Program-made: the position numbers and the translations under genes
In this document: positions 55,364 through 64,000 of the stretch, piece by piece
How positions within the stretch are numbered: position 1 is the stretch's first letter
Layout: every line of letters starts with the position of its first letter
Notes under the pieces: generated by a model
Told to the model about the DNA's origin: nothing
The model's input: only the letters and a program-made list of their open reading frames with translations
The model's database searches: none
From: Octopus sinensis
Taxonomy: Eukaryota
NCBI RefSeq assembly: GCF_006345805.1
Contig: NC_043000.1
Location: 61,380,001 to 61,444,000 of the forward strand
Length of the DNA: 64,000 nt
Reading direction: 5' to 3'

Positions 55364-56557
55364 TGTGTGTGTTTAAACACAAACTGGGAAGAGAATGAGA
55401 AAATATTTTCAAATGTAAATAATCGCTATAACGCTGTTTTTCGGTATCTGGCAAACTTATGATAAGATCATATTACTATCGAATATGTTGTTAGCTATGA
55501 TATAAAATATTGTTATTGCTATGGAACAGTCAATAATAGATACTTGATATACGGGAAACGTACAGTAGCATAAACACAAAGGGGTTCATTAGTGGAAGAA
55601 AATCGAGAGAGAAATAAACCTGGTGTGATAAGGTTACATAATGTGTTTCTATCGGAAAGTTGGAGTTTTGACTTTGATGGATATATAATTATTGGACTAG
55701 ACAACAGATATATTGGGAAAATATATGAAATACAATATCTAATATACAGTGTGCACGGCTTAGTTGGATATGATATAAATAAAAGAAAAATGTATGAACG
55801 TCCAGTATCAAGAGAGAGCACAATCATTTGCATAAAATTTGAACACATGTTGAAAGCAAATCAGCAGAAGGGATTGAGAATTGATTAGACACATAGACAA
55901 AGTACAATCTCACTTAAACAGTCAGATGACGCATTGTCATACGTGTATGTATACACACACATACACACACAAGACTCACATACACTTAACACTTTTTTGA
56001 GAGTGTACCGCTAAAAGTTACTTTGCATTTTCTTCTGCTATCTGGGGTGTTGCATTTGAGAGTTATTCACTAAAATAATCGGATAACAGTTTCCAAATGT
56101 CGCAAGTCTATCGTCGCTTTTGACTGGATTTCGGCAATAGGAAGCGGGATTTGAAATCAGAATATATGCAAGTGTTAGGCAACTTGTTCGTTTCTCTGAC
56201 AATCCGCCATAATCGAATGGCACGTTATTTGTCAACCTCAGAATAGAAAGCGCGATTTGAAATAAGAATGCTGATCGATGCGACAAATAATTTAATGCAT
56301 ACTACCTTACGCGGTCTAACGAAACAGCGCGCGTGTGCATATATATATATATATACGTTTGCGCGGACGCACGCACACACACATACCTGTACATGTATGT
56401 GTGCGTGCTTGTGTGTGTGTACAGACGCACAGAAACATATATATATTTACACACACGCGCACACACACATGAGTATTCTATACACAGAGGTTTCCAAATA
56501 ATTTTCATTGATTTGGTTTCGAGGAAGACGTTATGCTCATGGATACAAACATTACAC

Positions 56558-56593
<36 letters not shown>

Positions 56594-57221
56594 ACATGCA
56601 CATACACACACATATATATATATATGAATATAAATTTATTTATTTACACACACTCACAAATACACATGTATATGAATAGCATGTTTATCTTTATCTGCAA
56701 GATTTTCACGTTTCTTTCAGATAATGTTCTAGAGTTGAAAAAAAAAATCATCGTAAAATTTCTGTATATAATAAACATATCTTTAGTTATTTTTTGAAAC
56801 AGTAGACTGTATAAGATATTTTGTCACACGCAGAGATTTAGCATTGATAATATCTTCCAACATATTTCAGAGCACGAAGTAAGAATTAATTCAATTTTCT
56901 CATATAGTATCAAACTTTCTTCTTGTTTTGTCGATTTTGTTTGATGTTGTTGTTGTGATTGTAGCTATGCATCAGGTCAAGTCTGATGAATCATTCCTGT
57001 GACTAAAGACAACCATACCGTGACCGTTCCCGTGTAGTTTCAGACGTAGTATATGCAATGCAATATATATTATATATTCCTATACTTTTCTGAAGATTTT
57101 TTTGTGAAACAGGGCTGTTTGTTACTTCTAAAGAGTAGTGCGGTCACTATAATGCACCCTCGTTGAATATTTACAATATGTGGCACAACAACAACAAAGG
57201 TAACAGTAATAATTGTAATAC

Positions 57222-57437
57222 TTTCTACTAAAGGCACAAGGCCTGAAATTCCGGTGTGGGGGAGAGGTATATTCAATTACTTCGACCACAGTAATCAACT
57301 GGTACTTAATTTAACGACCCCGAAAGGATAAAAGGCAAAGTCAACCTCTGTGGCACTTGAACACACAATGTAGAGACGGACGAAAAATCGCTAAGCACTT
57401 TTACCGGCGTGCTAACGATACTGCCACCTCGCCGCTT
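57222..57437 (-). mobile_element. SINE family B copy
   Basis: ttcgaccacagtaatcaactggtacttaatttaacgaccccgaaaggataaaaggcaaagtc...ccggcgtgctaacgatactgccacctcgcc. Confidence 0.8.
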
Positions 57438-57446
57438 TAGTAATAT

Positions 57447-58200
57447 CTAGCAGAGATACCCGGCGTTGCTCGGGATAAAAATGGCATGTTGAAGCATGTG
57501 TTTCGAGAAAGTGCAACATTGGCAACAAAGTATTCGTTGACTTCATGATGGGCTAATTCGACTAAACGACATGCCATGCGTCCGTTTGGAGGATTCCAGA
57601 CCCTAACCTACCATGGAAAATTGGGTGGGGTCCGTGCAAGAAACTGCTTTGTTGGCGCAGTCTTCGGGTTTGTTTGTGTAATGCTAAAATGGTATCCATG
57701 TTCACCATTCACAAAGAGCAGTGGATAGTGGAACGCATCGTAGCATGTAATAATTCCTACAAGACCTCTTGGTAAACAATATTCTTTCTTTTCCCTTATG
57801 GAAGAAATGCAAACAGATATTTTTTGCTTCCCACTCAAGAGAAGTACAATATTTCCAAGCGAAGTCCAACCACAGACAGTGTTTGACCCTGGGATTTATT
57901 GATAGACATTCAAGGTTATTACGAATAAGAAATTACACTTTTCTGAATGGAAATGGAATTTTTACAACCGATGGAATGAGAGGAATCCTGAATATAGAAA
58001 CGTCCTCTCCTTTTCCGTGTCCAGATAGAATAGTCGCCTCAATAATATGTAGTATCATCTTTTTTACCACCAGGCGTGTCTCATTTCAGAGTGTCGGTGG
58101 ATCCAAATTCCTCAATAAAATTACTAGAGTTCCTACTTTAAGTTCCAATCTGTGTGGAGGTAGTCCTGGAGGCTCCAATGAATTGAGAAATTCTGTTTGA
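57447..58200 (-). mobile_element. Helitron 3' portion: PIF1-like helicase C-terminus, 3' hairpin and CTAG end
   Basis: Minus strand reads [45 protein letters not shown]...IIEATILSGHGKGEDV..RIPLIPS; terminus cccgagcaacgccggg-tatctctg-CTAG at 57474-57447. Confidence 0.92.
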
Positions 58201-58872
58201 TAATTTAACACCGCTTATTATTAAGACGGTGAGCTAGTAGAATCGTTAGTACACCGGGCTCCTCTCACACTCTAAGTCTTGCTCCTATTCTTCTTATGCC
58301 CTTTTCAATAAGAGACATATGCTGTACCTATTTGTAACTGACTTTTGTATGTATCGTCTCTCCTAAACATTTAGACCCTCTGATGAAGCCTAGAGACACA
58401 CTCAACATCCAAACTCTATCTACACATCACTGCAGAACACTAAAGAGATGGAGCTAACATGGAGGATATCGTGCCCTCTTGGCAGAAACGGCCGTAAGGA
58501 ACTGATCTTTTAATCTTTTACTCTTTTATGTATTACTAGTATATATTTGTGTAGCACACAGTCTTTGTATGTGTACGTATTCTTATAACAGTCCCTTTTG
58601 TTTCGGAATAAATAGACATAATAGAATGTCTACCGGCTGATGTATGTGATTTTTGTACCCCCCCTTTTCTTTTTGCCGTATAAATTAAGGGTAAACCATT
58701 TTTTACCCCCGCCATATATGATACTCAACTGCGAAATTGCCACGCAATAACCAGTACTTGGCTATTAATAATTGGGAACACTACCAGCAGTATATTGGAT
58801 AGGAACTATCCCATAGTTGGTTGGCTTCCTAACCTCTAACTCTCACAGAATTATATATATATATATATATTA

Positions 58873-59288
58873 TTGTATTTCGGGGTGGTCATTCTTTTTG
58901 CCAAATAAACAGACGCACTGTATATTCGATCCTCAGTTGTTTATTGCTATTCTTATTGTAACTCATATCCATTGTCCAGAAAATTTTCGTCAAACATCTG
59001 TGATCTCTTCAGAGACACTTTCCGTCCTCGTGTGTGCTCTTTCTCCGTTTAGTCCATTCTGTACTTCTATGATATAAGGATACATATCATGGAAGAATGG
59101 GATGGACTAAGCTGATCAAGAGCACACACAAGAACAGACAGTGTCGCTGAGGAGGCCGCAGATGTGTGACGAAAGATTTCCGGACAATGGACATGAGTTA
59201 GAATAAGAACAGTAGTAAACGAGTGAAGAATGAATATACAGTGCGTGTGTTTATTTGGCAATAAAAAAATAACCGTCCCGAAATACAA
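58873..59288. repeat. Diverged inverted repeat (about 205-bp arms), each arm with a hammerhead-like core; PLE-terminus-like
   Basis: Arms roughly 75-80% identical by eye; CTGAAGA..gtttgacGAAA on minus 59012-58985 and CTGAGGA..gtgtgacGAAA on plus 59147-59174. Confidence 0.8.
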
Positions 59289-59334
59289 CAAAATCTGTTT
59301 CAACATACAATTTTTGCAACACAAATTCATAAAC

Positions 59335-59380
<46 letters not shown>

Positions 59381-59595
59381 ATGTGTGTTTGTGTGTGTAT
59401 GTGTGTGTGTGTATACACAAAGAGAGAGAGAGAGAGAGTGAGACAGTTATATAGATATATAGATAGATAGATACTCAAAAGTACATACATGACCCTGATT
59501 ACACCGTTTTATTTGTTCGTACATAAACTCGTGCTTAAGAATTTTTAATGAATTATTATTTTTTATTTCAGATTACTGAATATTAAATGTTTAGT

Positions 59596-59950
59596 ATGCC
59601 GCGAACACGACAAACAAAAGAGATGTCTGGTTTACAAGGAGGGCGTGTTAAAAGTGAATCTGTGTGTAGAGTTATTCCGCGTAAGGTTGCACAAAACCAA
59701 GGAATTTCTCTTGCCACAGTCAATAAAATGATTGCACAATTTAACAGCAAAGGAACAGAATCAGCATTGCACTTTGGTTAATCTCGGCCCTGCGCCAGGT
59801 GCCTTTGTGCTGTCAAGAGTATTGATAAAAATAATATCCGCCTCAAAGGATCTGATGTTGCAAGGCATTTTGCAGATCAGCAAGAAGTAAATCTCTTCAT
59901 CGACCAGTGCATATCCCAAAAATAAAGAAAGAAATCTTTCGAAAGTGATG
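59596..59950 (+). mobile_element. Tc1/mariner-like transposase N-terminal (HTH) remnant
   Basis: MPRTRQTKEMSGLQGGRV...RKVAQNQGISLATVNKMIAQFNSKG...G*SRP resembles Tc1 paired-like HTH starts; stops present, no DDE domain seen. Confidence 0.6.
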
Positions 59951-60158
59951 GTATCCATTTAATCTTGAGATGTCAGTGTACATATCTGTGTTTGTATGTA
60001 AACAATTATAAACAAGAGTAAAAGAAAAATTGATTTCTATGCCAATATGCTGAGAATAGACTTTAAATCGTCAATCACCACATTACAATATACATTCACT
60101 ATGAATACACGTCGTGCTGAAATCGGGGAAGGCAAGCTAGTGTTTGTATGTATGTATG

Positions 60159-60192
<34 letters not shown>

Positions 60193-61094
60193 TGTATGTA
60201 TGTATGTATGTATGTATGTATGTATGTATGTATGTATGTACGTATGTATATATATATGCATGCATGTATGCATACATGTATGCATACATATATGTGTGGG
60301 TATGTATGTATGTTTGTGAGGGTATATATGTATGTACGTATGTATATAATTATGCATGTATGTAAGTATGTATGTATATATGTATGCATGCATGTATGCA
60401 TATATATATGTGTGGGTATGTATGTTTGTGAGGGTATATTTGTATGTAAGTATGTATGTATGTATGTATGTATGCGTGTATAAACTTTTGTTGACTGATC
60501 ATTTTCAAAAGGATAGCAAAAGGTACTGTCGAATGCGTGTGAAATCTTACAATTTGCAAACTTTATAGTAAAGGCATGAAAAATATATTGTTTGCACAAT
60601 ATAGAAAATCTACAAGTAAACCTCATGCCAGTTATATTCATAAGAACTACGAATATTATTCAAGAGTATATCATCCATACATTTGCTACAAGGTTTGTTA
60701 AACCTAAGTCTTAAATATTGCTTCATTGTCGGATTGCTACTATACAAGGAATCAGCTATGCAAATTCTTCCTTGCTCGCTAAGTCAACATAAGTATTAAG
60801 GCATTCCAAATCATAATGCCGAGACATATCCTTTCAGACTCCTTTTGTATGTATATAGCGGCAGAGCTTTTATATATTCATACGTGCTTGAATAGGGGAA
60901 TAAAATAAATATCAACGTCAGTAATAATTTACATTGTCAACAGATGTAGCATTTAGGATAATATCTAACTTAAAAGATTTATATTCCCCCAGCTCTTTCA
61001 CTCTCAATCTCTGGACGCACATGCACACAGATACAAGTACATATGCACACGCACACGAATATATATATGCGCGTGCGCGTGTATGTATACATAT

Positions 61095-61245
61095 CTTTCA
61101 GTCATCTAACTGCAGCATTGCTGGAGCACTGGCTTTAGTGGAAGAAATCAACCTCAGGACTTATTCTTTGCAAGCGTAGTACTTATACTCTCGGTATAAT
61201 TTGCCGAACCGCTAAGTTATTGGGACGTAAACACATCAACACCGG
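61095..61245 (-). mobile_element. SINE family A, 3' module
   Basis: ttcagtcatctaactgcagcattgctggagcactg...ttgccgaaccgctaagttattgggacgtaaacacatcaac. Confidence 0.8.
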
Positions 61246-61850
61246 CTCTGCTGCCATTGCTGTTGTCGATGTTGTTATTGTTGCTGTTGCTGGCGATGGT
61301 GCTGCTGCTGGTTCTCTGCTGCTGCTACTATTGGTACTGTCGACCCTGCTATTGTAGTAGCCATTAGGGAACCTGGTGGTGTTGCTGCTGCCGTTAGGGA
61401 TAGTGCCATTGCTGTCGGTAATGTTATAGTTGTTTTCGCGGGTTGTCGTGCTGCTGTTGGTTCTGTTCGTGTCTCTGTTGCTGCTAATATTGGTACTGTC
61501 GCCCCTACTACTATAGTAGCTGTTGAGGAAGCTTCTGATGTTGCTGTTGCTATTAGAGTCGACCAGTACCTCAGCTTCATAGACCAACTACTTTGGTTTC
61601 GCATTGGCCTCTCACTAGGCTTCTGTTGTGGTCCGTGCATGAGCATCCTGCTTCCGCTCGTGGTCTAGGGGTGCTAACTGGAATTCTCTTAATATTGGGG
61701 ACACATCTAAAAGGGACCCTAAGATTGTGCCTGTTGCAAATGCGTCCGTACTTATGTGATCGTGGGAATTGTTTGTCTATTAGCTTAAGGAATATCCTAT
61801 CTACATACGTTTTTATGTTAAGAGAGAAGGTGGGTGGCAAACCAAATAAT
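61245..61850 (-). mobile_element. Penelope-like RT-to-endonuclease linker with low-complexity expansion
   Basis: PPTFSLNIKTYVDRIFLKLIDKQFPRSHKYGRICNR...CVPNI...CSC...GQCETKVV / VYEAEV matches the PLE linker PPFS.NVKT..FLKLIDKHFP..KIFNR..C.C..G.C..VVY.A.V, then an S/N/T-rich repeat. Confidence 0.8.
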
Positions 61851-62359
61851 ATTTCTGCGACGCACAGCCATAAGATGCATTACGGAGGTATAGCAATTGG
61901 AAGGACGTGACTCAACTCAAATAAACATTAACAACTGTGTTACATGAGGGCTAAGGGGAAACGAAAGTGTCACCTCTGAAGTTTGTCAATGATCATTATG
62001 CCGATAGGTAAATGGACAGAATAAATTTGTAATCTATAAATCTCTTTGAATAGCCAGTCACTTATGTGGGAAGGGCTTGAAATGTTACCATCTGGGGACT
62101 ATCTCTGATAATAAAATGACTAAAAGGAGGTGTGCAACCAAATAACTTTACTCAACACTTTGCAACTGAGTCAATGGAGGTAAAGATGCCTCTCCTCTAC
62201 TTGACAATTTATGCACCACATTGCAAAAATCACAATCTACGTATATCTCAAAGCAAAATATTGCCCTGCTGTACCAATGAATTACAAATAACATTCATCT
62301 TTTATTCTTGGGTGACCCTACAGCATCCAAGATTACAAGTGTTTTCGTCTTGGATTAGG

Positions 62360-63060
62360 GAAAATGACTAAATTGTGGGTGATAAGCCCCCATTAAGGGG
62401 TGTTACTAACTTTGAAGTTTTAGAAATATTGCTTTATTTCTGTGTAATATTTATGGTTAAAATTTCATCAACAGCAAAAATAAACGAATTTTCATGAGGG
62501 TTACGGCCTCATTTATACCCCCTCACTTTCAAAGATATACTGTATTACATGTGTCTGTATGCATAAAATATAATTTCTGAATTTTATAAAGATCCATTCA
62601 GTACTTTTGACTTAGATTTGGATAAAAAAAAAATGACTAATATTTGGAAGTTTAGGCCCCCAATTGGGGTGGTAGAATCCTCATGAGAAGCGGAAAGTTT
62701 TGAAATATTTCTTGATGTGTGTCAATTACCTATGGTTGAATTTTCCTCAACAGGAAATTTATGAATTTTCATGAGGGTTGGTGTTCTGCCCCCTTTAAGC
62801 AACCTCAAATTCAAACCAAGCATACTGCATTATACCCGTCCTTATGTATTGAATCGAAGTTCCAAATATCATAAGGATCCATTCTGTAAATATCTTAAGG
62901 ATCCATTCATGAAATTGTATGAAACATACATCATTACATTTCTCCCTAGGATTGGATTTTGTATTCCAAATTTCATTAGGATCGATGGAGTAGTTTTCGA
63001 ATCTATAAGTAACACACAAACGCACATAAAGACATTGACTTTTATATAATAGATATGAAT
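62360..63060 (+). mobile_element. Non-autonomous element with two internal subrepeats of about 275 bp (Helentron-associated/DINE-like?)
   Basis: aaaatgactaa..cccc.att.gggg and aattttcatgagggtt each occur twice about 275 bp apart; 3' end ccaaatttcattaggatcgatggagtagttttcgaatctata...tatataatagat resembles DINE-1/HINE-type ends from memory. Confidence 0.4.
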
Positions 63061-63119
63061 ACGCACATATACATATATGCATATATGTGTGAGTGTGTAT
63101 TATATATATATATGTATAT

Positions 63120-63209
<90 letters not shown>

Positions 63210-64000
63210 ATTAAGCAAAATAAAAACATGATGCCAAAGATTCAGCGGTACATATATTTCGGGCCTTTATTAGACGGATTTATAACAATGCATAATGTGT
63301 GTCTATGGCCTTCTTCAGCCGCGCACAACTACTACCTCAAGGACATGTATTACATAAAAAATTCTACGTTGGGGATGCAAATCCTCTCATTCGCGTACGA
63401 CATAATGCGGCAACAGCATAAAAATGAAGCGTCCATCTCGTCCTTCTCTCAGTGTAGAATGAGGAAGTTTGGATGTTGAGGTAATATAAATAAATGAATA
63501 AATAAATATATACATATATAAATACAGACAGACGTAAAGGAACCTGGTAATAAGAGCAAATAGGGATAAAGATGGAGGGGCGAGAATTCAGGACGAAGGA
63601 TAAAAAAATATATAAAAAGTGTAAGTATAGAAAAATATAAAAATGTAGAGTATAAAGATATAAAGAGATATAAAAAATAAAAAAAAAAAATAAATGAATA
63701 TAAAGGTATAAAGTTATAAAAAAATTTAAAAAATTATCAGAAGTATAAAGGGTATAAGAGTGTAGGAATGTAAAAGAATATAAGGATAAGGGATATATAG
63801 TAGTTACGGACCAAACATGGTTGTCAGGAAAATGACAAATTCTGGTTGTAGAAGCCTTGGGTGTCATAAATCAACCGGGGCATCTGGGGACCTAGTGTAT
63901 TGTAAATTAGAGTTGTTTGGTTGAGCCGCTTATCTGGTTCTTCGTAACGTATTAAGTGGTCATCATGTACATACGTACACGCATGGATACATACACCCAT

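Noticed and set aside
56038-56286. 82-aa minus ORF with a short internal imperfect repeat (atttcaaatc.cgctt.ctatt)
   Set aside because: No good splice sites or recognisable domain; the two-copy 25-bp similarity is too weak to call.
57769-58200. 143-aa plus-strand ORF
   Set aside because: The opposite strand encodes the Helitron helicase motifs.
1-64000. CRISPR array, rRNA or mitochondrial insertion
   Set aside because: No repeat-spacer array, rRNA-like or mitochondrial-gene-like sequence was recognised.

Overview
AT-rich eukaryotic DNA saturated with microsatellites and transposon debris. The SINE and Penelope-end families look like those I recall from Octopus/coleoid cephalopod genomes (inference, not searched). 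There are no prokaryote-type features, CRISPR arrays, rRNA or true tRNA genes. Most supplied ORFs are microsatellite translations or antisense shadows. Recognisable content: RTE and R4/Dong-type LINE fragments; two inverted copies of one Helitron family (0.85-1.4 kb and 57.4-58.2 kb); Chapaev-type and Tc1-type transposase remnants; many tRNA-headed SINEs; a dense Penelope-like element (PLE) cluster at 41.7-47.9 kb plus other PLE ends with hammerhead-ribozyme-like cores; three fold-back inverted repeats; a near-identical 753-bp tandem duplication; and a 2.3-kb RT-less, ORF1-only retroposon whose gag-like module (ending in a CCHC knuckle) is tandemly duplicated. Host genes cannot be named. The best coding candidate is a 123-codon 3'-terminal exon on the minus strand (54793-55164); weaker exon candidates lie near 11, 24.4, 30, 33 and 52.6 kb. 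All translations and alignments were done by eye, and boundaries are approximate.
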